From an uncultured bacterium (lineage in GTDB: Bacteria; Patescibacteriota; Gracilibacteria; Absconditabacterales; Absconditicoccaceae): 64,000 nt of DNA. The translations under genes were made by a program, and so were the position numbers. The DNA lies in assembly GCA_946408385.1 (NCBI GenBank), contig CAMJSB010000001.1, positions 36,347 to 100,346 on the forward strand, read 5' to 3'. This document shows, piece by piece, positions 11,626-26,400 of this stretch (position 1 is its first letter; the number at the start of each line of letters is the position of its first letter). The notes under the pieces were generated by a model, which ran no database searches, was not told where the DNA came from, and was given only the letters and a program-made list of their open reading frames with translations.

Positions 11626-12045
11626 TTATTTTAATATTTTTGTTAAAATTCATGCACATATTGTCATAATGAAAGATAATATCAAAGTCTGCCAGATGGC
11701 TCATAATTCAACATTAATCTGTCAATTTGAATATGTATTCACAACATATTGAAACATATAAAAAACTAACACATTAATAACCAAAGAAACCAATCAAAAT
11801 GTCATAAAGTTGACAGGACATGACAAAGTTTTTAATATCCATTTTATAGGAGAATTAAAAACTCGAAATACAAATCACAAAATAAGGAATGCTAATATAA
11901 CTTTTGGAATCGAATTTGATATTTCTTCACAAAACTTAATAACAATTCCTATGACAGTATCTGATCTTCAGTTCATTCAACTAAAAAAATACAGTAACAC
12001 TCAATTTACAACAATATTAACAATCAACCCCTTGATAATTTTCAT
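11626..12045 (-). CDS. Four-TM membrane protein (YvlD/'phage holin 4' family)
   Basis: VFNSPIKWILKTLSCPVNFMTFGLVSLVINVLVF matches the family pattern. Confidence 0.7.
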
Positions 12046-12089
12046 TATCAATCAAAACATATAAAAGTAGACAGTTTATACATATTTGT

Positions 12090-13352
12090 CTATTTATTTC
12101 AAGTGTTAGTTGTGACACTAAATGTTCTCTGATTTTTACTTTGTTTTCTAACAGAAAAAGCTATATCCTGCTCCACAGCTCAGACAAAATCATTTAACCT
12201 AACTTTTCAAGATTTTAAAAACAAATTATTTACATTCTGTCGTGATATATCAGCATATTCCTCAAATAATCATAAATCTTTTATTTTTTGTAAGAATTTA
12301 TCTTTATCAACTACGTTCATTTTAATAGACTTTGTAACCTTTACATCATGATTAGTTCCACTTAAAATATAATCAGATTTTTCATCATTTGGATCTTTGT
12401 TAATAACATATTTCTGAAAAAGTAATTTCAAACTATCTTTCTGTTTTTCAAGTTCAGAAATTCTATCACTAATTTCCACAAATTCATCTACTAGAGCTAT
12501 TATACTTTTATCTGACAATTCTCATTCGACTTCATCATCCAAATTTATAGCAGAAAATAATGGACAAATTGATTGATAATCACACCAAGCACAAAGAGAA
12601 GACTGATTTGCTTCGAAAATTTTTTTACTTCACATAGCATATTGCACCTTATTTTGTTCAATTTCTCTTATAATATTCAAATATTTATTTTTAATTTCAT
12701 CCAATTTTACCTGAGTAATCTCTCGCTCATCTTCAATATCAAAATGTAAAAAATATAATTTTGCCTTCAGATTTTTGAAATATTTTGCATATTTTTGTTG
12801 AATTCATAATCAGTACAATGTAAGCTGCTCAATATATTGCTCTTTCTCTTCTGTAGGTAATGTTTTATTTGTCTTATAATCATTAATCACAAAAGTATCT
12901 CATACTTTATCAAGTCTATCAATGAATCCTAAAAAATTTATTCATTCAGCTAATTGAAATGAAATTTGCATTTCTGTACTTATAACTTGTAAATCTTTGA
13001 ATGGTGAATGCTTATCATAATATCTGGAAAGATAAACTTCTCATCTACGTTTAAAATCATCAATAGATAAATCTGCATAATGGTTTAATATTTCTCATCC
13101 ATTTTCTGCGGTTTCTTTTTCTTTTTTTGCCCGTAAATTATAATAATCAGAAATGAATTGCTCTTTCGTTGGAACTTTAAAAATATTTACATTATTATAC
13201 AATTTTTGCAAAGATTCGTGGACTAAAGTTCATAATAAAGTATCTGTTGTCTCTACAAATTCTGGCGTAGGAATTTTATCAATATAACGATAGCGGTATT
13301 TCAATGGACATTGCAAGTAAACTTGGATCTGAGATACTGAATATCTGACCAT
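12090..13352 (-). CDS. PD-(D/E)XK RecB/AddB-like nuclease
   Basis: YSVSQIQVYLQCPLKYRY, GTLVHESL, GFIDRLD...INDYKT, QLTLYG, CAWCDYQSICP. Confidence 0.85.
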
Positions 13353-13373
13353 TTGTATTATAAATAAATAAAA

Positions 13374-13802
13374 TTAGTCTTCTAAAACATCTTCGAATTC
13401 CTCAACCAAAATTTCATTAGAATCAGATTTTTTATCTTTTCTTCGCTGATGAATTGCATTTCTAACTCATAAAAGTCCGATTATTACTGCCCTCCTTCTC
13501 CTTGGCAACACATCAAGTCATCGCCCTACAAAAGTTTCATATCACCGAGTCATTACTTCATCAATAGTTTTTCACTCTATCATTTCAGCTAACAGACTAC
13601 AAGATGCCGTAGTAACCTGACCAGGATTTCATGAAAAACTAAATTCAGTAACTACATCACTATCAATTTTTAAATAAACAGTTATATCATCTCAACATAT
13701 AAAATTTCATTCATGATAAGAAACATCAAAATCTTTCATTTCATAAAAATGCACTGGATTTTTATTATATTCTGTAATTATCGAATCTGATATCTCTGAC
13801 AT
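13374..13802 (-). CDS. SufU/IscU-like Fe-S scaffold protein
   Basis: EGNFICGDDITVYLKI...FSG...TASCSLLAEMIVGKTIDE. Confidence 0.8.
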
Positions 13803-13993
13803 AAATACACCAATTTGTAATTAAACCAACAAATTATACTATAATTATTATAAAAATTTATTCAAATAGAATTTCAACTAAAGATCTATATGTCTATATT
13901 TGTCTAGTATCGTCGATAATGAATGATTTCTCTTTGAATTTTAACCATAATTTAGTATTATTACATAATCATTTTATCATATATAAGTTGAAC

Positions 13994-14584
13994 ATGAAGA
14001 TTTCTTCCGCTGAGTTTATAAAAAGTGCTGCAATCATAAATCAATGCCCAATATTAAATTTACCAGAATTTGCATTTTTTTGACGTTCAAATGTTTGAAA
14101 ATCATCATTAATTAACATGTTAACTCAAAGAAAAAATCTAGCAAAATGTTCAAAGATTCCGTGAAAAACAAAACTATTCAACTTTTTTATTATAAACAAC
14201 TCTCGAATAATTGTAGATCTGCCATGATATGGATATGCCAAGTCATGAGAAAAAGAAAGAAAAGGACGATTAGATTTTACACAACATTTTTTAAACACAA
14301 GAAACACATTAAAAAATACTTTTATACTGATTGATTCCAGTATCCCTCCCCAGAGAATAGACATCGAGATGATAAAATGTTTTATCGAAGAATGAATCAA
14401 TTTTTCAATTATTTTCACTAAATCTGATAAATGTAACCAAAAAAATCGCAACAAAAATTTCAAGCTTTTTAATGAAGAAATCAAAAAAATCTGAATAGAA
14501 AAATATAAGTTTTTCGTTGTCGACAACATTCGTTGAAAATGAAGAGAAGAACTACTATCTTATATTGAAGATTTGATAAAATAA
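13994..14584 (+). CDS. engB: Ribosome biogenesis GTPase YihA/YsxC
   Basis: GRSNVGKSSLIN, PGKTK, (W)IIVDLPGYGYAK, TKSDK. Confidence 0.95.
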
Positions 14585-14704
14585 ATTGAATTTTTACTAA
14601 ATTGTAAATATAATAATAGTATATTATTACAAAATATGCAAACAAAAAGTTAGATGATTTTCTATTTTTCCCTTGCATTTTTTATACAAAAAAATATTTT
14701 AGCG

Positions 14705-14971
14705 TTGTCAACAAAAACAAACAAAAAGATTAACTTTGTGTGGGGTGCAGAGAATTCAGCGTTTTGCTTGGATTGAATAAGTGATTATCTGTATTCGGAA
14801 ATCGTTTATTCTGCATTAGGGAATCTTACCAAAGATGAGATGATGCAAATATACAGACCGCCTCTTGTTTATATGTTGAAAATTGGGTTCTATACAGAAA
14901 TTTGTAGAAGTAAATTTCTTTATACAACTCAATTTGCTATAAGAGTTGGATTGGCGGTCTGGGTTAAATAA
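14705..14971 (+). CDS. Possible orphan ORF (88 aa), or structured non-coding transcript
   Basis: Open frame from TTG to TAA with G-rich composition, followed by a terminator. It also contains long inverted repeats. Confidence 0.35.
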
Positions 14972-14975
14972 TTTC

Positions 14976-15005
14976 ACCCATCCTGTATTTCTTGATGGGT
15001 TTTTT
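14976..15005 (+). terminator. Rho-independent terminator
   Basis: ACCCATC...GATGGGT followed by a T run. Confidence 0.65.
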
Positions 15006-15057
15006 ATTAAAAGGAAAACTCACCAAAAATAGATTTCCTATTATTTTTACATTAACA

Positions 15058-17862
15058 TTATTCAGCACTTCTCATAAGCATTATCATCACATAACCACGT
15101 AATTCTTTCATCTTTGGATCATCCTTTTTGATGATTCATTCTTTAACTAATCTTTCCATATGATTTATATAATATTTTGGTGTTGATTCATATTTTCCAT
15201 CTGATGTAGAATACAAAAGTCTAGATAATGCTGTAACAAATTCTGCTCTACTTACTTCATCATTTGGTCTAAATTTATTATTCGGCATATTCTGTCACAT
15301 TATTCAGAGTTGATATGCAAGAGTTACTCAATTATCATAATCTTTATTCATTTTACGAGTTACATCACTAAAATCTGCTATTCATTTTGATATATCTGGC
15401 TCCATTCAAAGCACATTTATTGCATATTCTGACAACATTTTAGCCATTTGAATTCTTGTAAGTTTTCAATTCATATCAGCCTTTTGGATTGTTGACATTG
15501 TTGTTATTCAGTTTTGTTTCGCAAATTCATAAGCCTGTTGAAATTCCGTCGAGTATTTCTGTTGGTTCTGTCATTCTGAGGCATTATTAGCTGGAGAATT
15601 ATTTATTTCCTGTGCGTCATTCTGAGGAGCCTGCTCCGAAGAATCCATAGGTGTTTCGCTTTCACTCACTGGATCCTTCACATTCATTCAGGATGACACC
15701 ATACTATCATCTTGAGGAGTTTCTGTTGGTTTTTGTTCATCCTGCTTTGGTGTATCTGGTTTCGAACTTCATCCACCACCTCATCATCCTCAACTTGAAC
15801 CATATTTCTCCCACTTAGCATACACTACAATATCTCATGTTGTTCAAGACTCTATATTTGTAACTGAAATTGTATATCCACTATCTAAAAACCATCAAAC
15901 AAATTTATATCAATTTCTAGAAGGTTTATTAAATATATAAGGTGTAAGCTCTGTTAAATACTGAGTATGGTCCAAATTTATAAACTTATATGTATGAGTG
16001 ATTCATTCAAAATTGACTCAATCCATTCATTCATAAGTAATATTATGAATATCTGTTTCTTTTTTGTACAGCTTCGTCGTTGTAGAAATAGATCCACTCC
16101 ATAAATCTGTATATCCACTATCTAAATAAAATAACATAACCTTTCATGATTCTAATTGATATCAACTACTAAACTTTGGCAGTTCCCCGTTAAACTCATC
16201 AAAATCATAAAACTTATTCTTTTTTATATAAGCATAATTTCAATCATCAACAGTTGCTCAATAGTAAATTTCATCTGTTCATATGGCATTAATTCCATCA
16301 TTAAAATTTCTATTAACATAAGCTTTAGCATCATCTTTCACTTCAAAATTCAATATTCATGCAGCTTGATTTACAATACCTGCTTGAAAATAAAGATTTG
16401 TCGTACAATCATTACTATAACTATTATTTTCCAATCTAAACAAACCTTCACCAAAATAGGGCGTTATATCTCAATCTAAAACTATATAAACATCATAAAC
16501 ACTATATCCCTTGCCTCTTCCACAATTATCTTTACTATTTTTTATTATACTATTTTTTATTTCTCATCTTCAATGATAAGAAAGCAAAACATATCTAGTA
16601 TCTTCGAACAAACAATTATCGACTAAATATCATCAAACTCTTCCATGATCTCATAAGACAATCTCATTTGAATCTCTAAATGTACTATTTTTTATTTTAA
16701 AATCTGGCCATATCAATCACCTTCCTAATCTACGATTACTTCAACCTGCCTGACATGATATCACTCAAACAGATTCTGATCCTGGTTTCATTCAATAATT
16801 ATGCTCAAATATTGATCCATTTATCTCCAAATTCTTATCATCATTCTCAATTGCCGAACCATCATTTCAAACCCAATTACTATAAAAAATCACATTATTT
16901 ATATACAACGTTCCCACTGGGAAAAGAGATTCATCAGACAACCTTGGCAAATATCCTGTTGGATTTGTCCAAATATTAGGTATATGAATTGCTCATCAAT
17001 TAGTAGATGCAGTATTACCGCTAAAAACACAGTTATTAATTACTATGACCTCTGGAGCATAATGAAGAGCTAGTGCTCATCCATAAGCATTTGAATAGTT
17101 ATTCTCAAAAATACATCACGAAAATAATATTTTTGTAATTGGCGATTCATTTTCAATATTTGTTACTGTATTTGGTCATACACGTATTGCTCATCCACGT
17201 CATCCTCCACTTGCTCAATTATGTATAAAATTTGAATTTATCATTTCTATTCATCATTTCTCAGCTATAATAGCTGCTGATCAGTTACTACTAAGACTAT
17301 TCGATATTGTCAAATTCTCCCCATAAATATCTCATACTGAATAAATTTGCGGATGTGTCTTTGCTACATCTACATTCTGTGTTACACATACAGATGCCGT
17401 TACATCTCCACTTTCATTTTTTGTTTCATTTACTCATCATAAACATAATGGAATAGTAGATTTAGATTTTAACAAAGAATCATATCTATTTGGTGCAAAA
17501 TTTACGGCGTTATCCGTAATCACAACATCCACCATTCTCAAAGAACTATCTTCATTTACTGTTATAGTTGTTATATCCGCAGTTCTTGTTACTGTATAAT
17601 TATTTCCATCTATCGTTATAGATTTTCATTGTATTATAGATTCTTCTGAAACTGAAATATCATCAATTAATTTTATTACATCTCCAGTTTCAGCCTCACT
17701 TATTGCCTGTGATAATCATGTATATACTCAAACCAATTCTCAGGCCCTATATAATTGTACTGAGTTATCACTTCATGGATTTTCTTGTGCACACACTACT
17801 GCTAAAAAAGTGCTAATTCATAGAAAAGCTAATAACACAAATAGATTGATTATTTTCCTCAT
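15058..17862 (-). CDS. Secreted surface protein (934 aa): beta-helix/Pmp-like repeats, InlB-B-like repeat, C-terminal SLH-like domain
   Basis: Signal peptide, GGAI/GGAL and FxxN repeats, VVYAKW, then QAYEFAKQNGITTM...LTRIQMAKMLSEYAINVLG. Confidence 0.85.
15616..15697. repeat. Palindromic repeat element inside a CDS
   Basis: GTCATTCTGAG..CGAAGAATCC...GGATCCTTC..TCAGGATGAC, the same family as the intergenic copies at 59.7-60.6 kb. A partial copy lies at 15569-15581. Confidence 0.75.
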
Positions 17863-17956
17863 TTTTCATATTCTATAAAAATAAAAGTCATACATAGTAT
17901 ATTATAATCCATATCAAAAATTTATCAAATTTTGACTGACTTTTTTACCATAAAGA

Positions 17957-17982
17957 AAAAGCCACCAATAAAGGTGACTTTT
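17957..17982 (-). terminator. Terminator downstream of eno
   Basis: AAAAGCCACC-aataaa-GGTGACTTTT. Confidence 0.65.
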
Positions 17983-18001
17983 ACACATCTCATAAATTTA
18001 A

Positions 18002-19387
<1,386 letters not shown>

Positions 19388-19455
19388 CTACAAAAGTTAT
19401 AACTAATAAAAATAGAATATCATTAAATCAAACGTTAAAAAAAACAAAAAAATTT

Positions 19456-19878
19456 ATGAAATTAAAATGGCTATTTAGACTCCTCACAACGAAAGATTGG
19501 AGAGGACACAAACGCAGGGTGTTTTTCGAGACAATATTCGAAGATCTTAAGGACGATAGGATGGATGGAGTAGAGTATGAAAATTTCAGTTTCATAAGAG
19601 ACTCCAATTCTTCATACGAAAAATCTTGCCATGAAATGGCTGGTAACTACGATTACAATCCAATTGTAGATTCATCCTATGAACTAAACATCGGGAAATT
19701 CTTTTCCATGTATAATTCTCAGTCTTTTGACTCATTGTATGCAAAAATAGAAAGAAAAACACAGATATGGAAGATCATTGTAAAAAGAAATGGCGTATAT
19801 ATCATCCATATTAGCGGAAAAGAAAACGAGAAAACGTTTAATTTCTCTTACAGGAAATTCGTAAAAAAAGTTTTTTAA
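19456..19878 (+). CDS. Orphan hypothetical protein (140 aa)
   Basis: Clean ORF from MKLKWLFRLL with its own terminator. No TGA, CGA or CGG codons. Confidence 0.7.
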   Translation: MKLKWLFRLLTTKDWRGHKRRVFFETIFEDLKDDRMDGVEYENFSFIRDSNSSYEKSCHEMAGNYDYNPIVDSSYELNIGKFFSMYNSQSFDSLYAKIERKTQIWKIIVKRNGVYIIHISGKENEKTFNFSYRKFVKKVF

Positions 19879-19882
19879 CATT

Positions 19883-19911
19883 AAATCTAGTGGTATCACC
19901 ACTAGATTTTT
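19883..19911 (+). terminator. Rho-independent terminator
   Basis: AAATCTAGTGGT-atc-ACCACTAGATTT followed by T. Confidence 0.75.
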
Positions 19912-19957
19912 CATAAGGAATAATTATAAAATCGTATATTTATTGTTAAAATTATTA

Positions 19958-20965
19958 ATGCTCATTTACTATGAATCAAAAGTAAAAGACCTATCACTTA
20001 CACACAAGATTTTTGAGCAATTTAAGAATTCTGAAAAAATCGAAATTCAACATTACAAAAATCTTTTCGATGCTAAAATATGAAATTACAAAACTGAACC
20101 ACTGATCATTTTAGCAAAACAAGAACATATCGCCATTCTTCCGACTCCAGAAAATTATTGATTTCCATGAAAATCATTTTTCTTCAAACCAAGCTTAAAC
20201 TGTTTTTTCAACTGTAAATATTGCTATCTTCAGTGAACTTTTAGAAATCGTTTTCCCGTATTTTTTCTCAATTATGAAGATATGCAAAAGGAAATAATAA
20301 ATCAGATTCAGAACGTCAGACAGTCTTGATTTGATGAACAAATTACTTTTTACGCCAGCAATTACGCAGATTTACTCGCTACTGAAAACATTTCCCATTT
20401 TCACAAGAATTTCCTACCATTCTGCGAATCATTACCAAACAACGTCTTAATCGAAACTAGGACAAAATCTGCAAACATTGCCACTCTCCTCGACTATGCA
20501 AAAAATTTAAACTGAAACTCTCCTACTCAAAAAATGGAAATTGCTTTTTCACTTTCTCCTCGCATTATCGCCAAAAAATACGAACTATGAACAGCCACAC
20601 TTGACCAAAAATTGAATGCGATTAATCAGCTATCGGAGAAGTGATTCCGTATTTGACTCAGATTTCTTCCTCTTCTACCAGTTGAAAATTATCAGCAAAT
20701 CTATTCAAATTTTTTGGATGAAATTATTACTAAAGTAGACATCAAAAGAATTAATTCTATCGCTATTGCACCACTAATTTTCAATCAATGAGATTACAAT
20801 GTTCTCATAAAAAAATATCAAAATGATTCTGACTTCTCATTCATTAACAACTTACAACAAAACAAACACCAACTACGAACTTGTTCAGATAAAGAAATTT
20901 TGACTTTTAAAGAACTATTTACAGAAAAATTGAAAAACAAAAATCTATTCCGAGATTATATTTAA
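19958..20965 (+). CDS. Spore photoproduct lyase-like radical SAM protein
   Basis: SLNCFFNCKYCYLQG, IETRTKSANI, IAFSLSP...YELGTATLDQKL. Confidence 0.85.
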
Positions 20966-21068
20966 TTTTTAGACAATATGTCAATTAATTTTTCAGTTTT
21001 CATATAGAAATATTAACAGTTTTCCGTAACCTTAAACCTAAAGTTTAATTTACTTTCCAATCATTTAA

Positions 21069-22013
21069 ATGAAAAAAAGTAATATTCTCAAGATTTCCCT
21101 TTCTTGTTTATTAGTATTATATCCTATCTCCGCAACATTTGCCGTTACTACACAGAAATGACGAGATATAGTTGAACAATTAAGAGATGATTGACGAACT
21201 GACTGAGAAATAAAACCAGCTATTGAAGATTTATGATATAATGCCGAAGAGTACTTATGAGAGAATATCAGACCAAATATCAAAGTTATTTCTGGCAACA
21301 ACGGCAACAATTCCAATTCAGTAGGTAAAACTTCTAAATTATGACGAGACATCTTAAATCAGTACAGAAAAGATTGACGAACTGATGATGAAATCAAAGA
21401 AGCTCTTGAAGACTTATGACTTGATACTAGTGGTTATTTCCCTGAAAAAAATACAACATCTTCTACAAATTCTAATACTACATCCAACTCCACAAACTGA
21501 TCGACATACATATCCAGAAGCTGTAAACCTTATACAATAGAATATATACAATCCTTAAATGTTTATACTTCTCCTGATTTAAATAAAAAAGAATACTTTG
21601 TCAGTATTGATTATTTAAAAAGATATGTAGATTCCAAGAATGCTCAAAGCACTGAATGTTACATAGATTGATGATGGATTTCAGTACCATATACAGATAG
21701 TTACACCTGAACAGATCGTTACATTGCTCCAAATTGAAAAGTTTATTTTATAAAAGAACAAAACTGACTTTATACATCTGATGAATTAGCTTCACCAAAA
21801 AGTTTTTCAAATATCGATGAACTAAAAAATTACATATGAAAACGCAACCCTCTAATTTGAATGTGAGCTTTAAGCTCAAAATATTCGAACATACAACAAA
21901 CTACAGCACAAACTCAAAATTCAACTGGGAATTCTGTATGAACTTGAGAACAAAAAAACGACGATAGTTACAAAGATGCTCTAACAAGCATTCGAAACAG
22001 CCTAATGAACTAA
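21069..22013 (+). CDS. Secreted hypothetical protein with duplicated helical module
   Basis: Signal peptide and two copies of GRDI..Q.R.DG(W)TD.EIK.A.EDLG. Confidence 0.75.
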
Positions 22014-22015
22014 TC

Positions 22016-23371
22016 TTAATATGTTCCATCTCATTTCTTCTCTTTTTTAGTTTCCACAAATTTCATAATTTCTTTTTCAAAGTGTAATTCAACCTCTCAA
22101 ACTGCCCCATTTCTATTCTTTCTAATACACACATCAGTAGCTCACTTTCTATCAGTATCCGGATCATAATACTCTTCTCTATGAAGCATCAAAACTGAAT
22201 CCGCATCTTGTTCAATAGACCCAGATTCTCTCAAATCCGAAAGTTGAGGCTTTTTGTCCACTCTCGATTCAACTGCACGAGAAAGCTGAGAAAGTGCTAG
22301 AATAGGCACTTGCAATTCTTTTGCTAATTCTTTTAAACCACGAGAAATTTCAGAGATTTCTTGTACTCTGTTATTTTGAAATACTGTAGAATGCATCAAC
22401 TGTAAATAATCTATAATAACCAAATCTAACTGTTTCTTTTCTATTTTCAATTTTCTAAGTTTTGACTTCAACATAGGAACCGTTATTCATGCCTTATCAT
22501 CCAAAAATATATTAGCCGTAGACAATTTTTCCATAGCCTCCCCCATTTGAGCAAAATCAGCATTATCCAAATTTCATTTAGAAATTTTATACATGGGCAC
22601 TCATGAAACTTCAGACATAATTCTATCTACAATTGATTCCTTACTCATTTCAAGCGAAAGCATTGCTACAGATTTTTTCTGTTCTAATGCAATATTTGTA
22701 AGTACATTCAAAGCAAAAGCTGTTTTTCACATCGAAGGTCTTGCCGCCAATATAATTAACTCACCCGGTTTAAATCCAGTCAACATTTCATCAATTTGAG
22801 TATATCCAGAATTCACTTTATTCGCATTATAATTCTCTGGATGATCAACTATCTCCATATAATCTTCTACCCTGTTCTTCAAAATTTCCTCAATACTCAA
22901 AATATTATCTCCCACCTGATTCTGAGTAAGGTCAAAAATTCTTTTCTCAATACTATCAAAAATTTCCACCGTATCTTTCTGTTCATATGCATCACCTGTA
23001 ATCTGCTGACATACTTTAAGTACTTGCCTCAATAATGATTTTTCTTTTACGATTTTACTATATTCCACACAAGGTGAAGTAGAAATCAAAAAAGCTGATA
23101 ACTCATAAAGATAATCAATTCATCACACATTTTCCAGATTTCAATTTTTTGATAATTGATCAGAAACCGTCACAGGATCTATAGTCTTTTTTTCATTCCA
23201 AAGTTGAGATATGGCTTCATATATCATTCCATGTTCCTTTTGATAAAAATCATTTGGAACTATTCCATCTCATTCAAAAATCCAAACAGTTTCATTATCC
23301 ATAAATGCTCAAGAAATAACTCATTTTTCAGCTTCTATATTATGTGGAGGTAATGTATATTCTGTAACCAT
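22016..23371 (-). CDS. dnaB: Replicative DNA helicase
   Basis: [48 protein letters not shown]. Confidence 0.97.
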
Positions 23372-23487
23372 CTTATAAAAAAACAAACAAAATAAACAAC
23401 TAATATATATTAAAAACACAATCCGATGCAAGAGAAAATCTAGTTCTGAATTGTGTTTTTAACATTTTTATTAACATTTTTTTCACA

Positions 23488-26400
23488 TTATTTTTCAACA
23501 AACGGTTTAACCTTAAACCAAAGTTTTATAGGGCTAGATTTTGATAAATCAGATAATTGGTATAAAGTTAACATAACAGCATCCAATTCTCTATCATAAT
23601 CATATGTTCATTTCAATCATAATTCACTATACAAATAACAAGACGAAGAAACAAATAACATATTAGTTCAATCTTTATAAACTGATTTTCATCAATTAAA
23701 CACTCCCATTTTTCATTCTAATGGCAAATTCATGATATTAAAAGTATCAGCTTCTATCTTAAGACATTTTTCTGTCGGGATTGAAATTGAAAATACAGAA
23801 CTTTCAGTATTTTTATTATATATTCTCAAAATTACACCATCATTAATTTCTGCGACTACTTCGTAATCATTTTTATAATTTGGCTGCAAATTTATCTCTG
23901 CCGTATCAGGATTCATTAAAGCCATAACTTCTCAATTCTTATCGTACATTGCTATTTCATTACCTACAGTATAAGGTCATCAAACTATCAATGACTGTTT
24001 AGGTCACACTGAAAAATCTATAGACTCCAAATCTTTTGTCTTCAATGTCTTCCATGAAAGTCACCTTTTCTTTTGGAAATAAACATTTCACTGATCTATA
24101 TCTTGACTCAATTCAGCGACAACCGAAATCGTTTTTCCATCGGAATTTTTTGAAATATTTGTTATTTGTATCTCGGGAACAGAATAATCAACTGTTATTA
24201 TTTTCTCCGTTCTATTTCCAAATTGATCAACTCATATAGCTTTATACTTCTCACTTTCAGCTTTTGTATTGATATCAATATCAACACTAACGTTATCTTC
24301 AGCATTTGATGTATATTTTTCATCTAGAATTTTACCATTCCTCGAAAGATTTATATAATACAGTGCAGCATTATCATTCCAATTCACTATCAACTTATAC
24401 TTAGTTCAAACATATCACTCAAGATTATCTCACTGACTAACTACTTGACCAATACTAGGTCTATACAAAACTGCTTCTCAATCAGGAGCCTGATCATCTC
24501 ACACTATCTGTTTTCAAAAAACAATTTGATTCGACCATGGAGAATTTATTTTATAAACATTTTCGTCAAAATTAAGTGTTGCAATACGCGCATAATACCG
24601 CTTTCTATCAACATCAGATATAGTCACTCACACAGAATTTTTATTATTATCATAATTAACCACCTCAACCAAATCTTTTCAATATAATTTTTCAATCTTA
24701 TCTGTCTTTTTTAATAATTCTAATTTTATATTTTCCGACTTTAAAGAATCCAAATTAATTCATTTAGGAAGAGCTAGCACATAATGAACAGGAGAAACTG
24801 ACGAATAATCTAATTTTTCATAACTATTATCAACTCTTTCAACTAATTTAATTAAATAAGCATCCACATCTTCAGCATTTCGAGAAAGACTTAATGTATC
24901 ATAAGTTTGTCATGTTACTTTTCGATTTTTCACTTCCAAACTCGAATCAGAAATTTTAAGTTTAGTCTCTCTATCAAATGTAATCCAAGTTTCTTCATAC
25001 GGTATTTGAACTAAAGCCCTAGAAACATAATATCAACGATATCATCATACTCAATTAGAACACTTTCATCATATACATTTCAAATAGATTGAACCTTCAT
25101 CCCATAATACTATATTATCCCCTTCCGTATGATTAGTATGATAATAATGATCTCATATAACAGAAGAAAAATAATCTGAATAAACAATTTTTGCTAATTT
25201 TCATACATCTAGTCAACTCACTATCCTATCATAAATTCATTCCGAAAGAACCGAAGGATCTACAACACTTGCACTTTCCAAATTACTTCACAACCTACCT
25301 CCTCATGCTGTAGAAGACAGCAATGTTTTATCTGAAGACGTAACAGAATTTTTAGCTATTAAATTTGTAAGCGAAGTTGGTTTAGTCACAGAATACAGCG
25401 TTGTAACTTGATTTCTCATAGATCATATATAATTACGCAACGCCAAATATTGAGACTGCGATAATCATAAATCATTTGCCGTATTTGAGTTTATTGCATT
25501 CCAATATCCATCAACTATGGTCTTTTTATTGTTTAATATAGGTTCATATGGATTAGATTTTGCTATAGTATTAATTGTATCTTTTGTGGAAGAATCCATA
25601 TTAAACAGCTGAACATTAAACGTTAATAACTGTCATGTTTCTAAACTAGTTTTGTTTTTTTCAGAATTTACCATTGCAAGGAATCAATCATAATCTTCAT
25701 TAATCAATTTTGCCAAATCTGCATAATCTGATTTTTCTGCATCAAGATAATTCATCACATCATTTTTCAAATTTTCTATACCATCAATATTTGGATTTAT
25801 AGTATTTTTCATATTAATCTGATTTTTAATATTGTTTGTATGGTTTTTTATCATATCTCACATTGCAGTGTCTGCCGTTTCTTGCTCAAAATATGTCAAA
25901 ACTTCTTCGACTCTAGCTTCTGCATCATGATAATCCACGTACTCAATATCATCACTCTCCATTCAATCAATAGTAAAATCTGTTTTACTAATCAATCATT
26001 CATCACCAAAAACTTTCATATTAACATCTACACTTGCACCATCAATCGAATCTCCAAAATCAGTTAACGGATTATTATTAATATAATCAGTTTTATTATT
26101 TACCCATCCTGCCGCCGATGTAGTTAAATTGTTTGACAAATTATTTATAGATTTAGTTAGAGTATCCAAATATGTATAAAATTCTGTAAAATTAAATTGT
26201 AAATCAACATATGAATCAATTTCATAATCCATTCAATAATTGCGTACCGGCACAGCCGATCGATTTGTAAAATCCATAATCGTATCTATCCATTTTACTT
26301 CGTATGTCCTTTGAGTTAATTGTTCTATCTTTGCTTTTACTGAGCTCTCTCATACTAAACCAAATTTTCATTTTACTATACAATATATTTTTCAAATTAA

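Noticed and set aside
11626-12045. 'Holin' plus excisionase-like HTH as evidence of a prophage
   Set aside because: This four-TM family is a common chromosomal membrane protein, and no integrase, terminase or structural genes are present.
12090-13352. Cas4-like nuclease suggesting CRISPR
   Set aside because: No repeat-spacer array or other cas genes are seen. It is a generic RecB-like nuclease.
23372-23500. oriC upstream of dnaB
   Set aside because: No convincing TTATCCACA boxes and no skew change.
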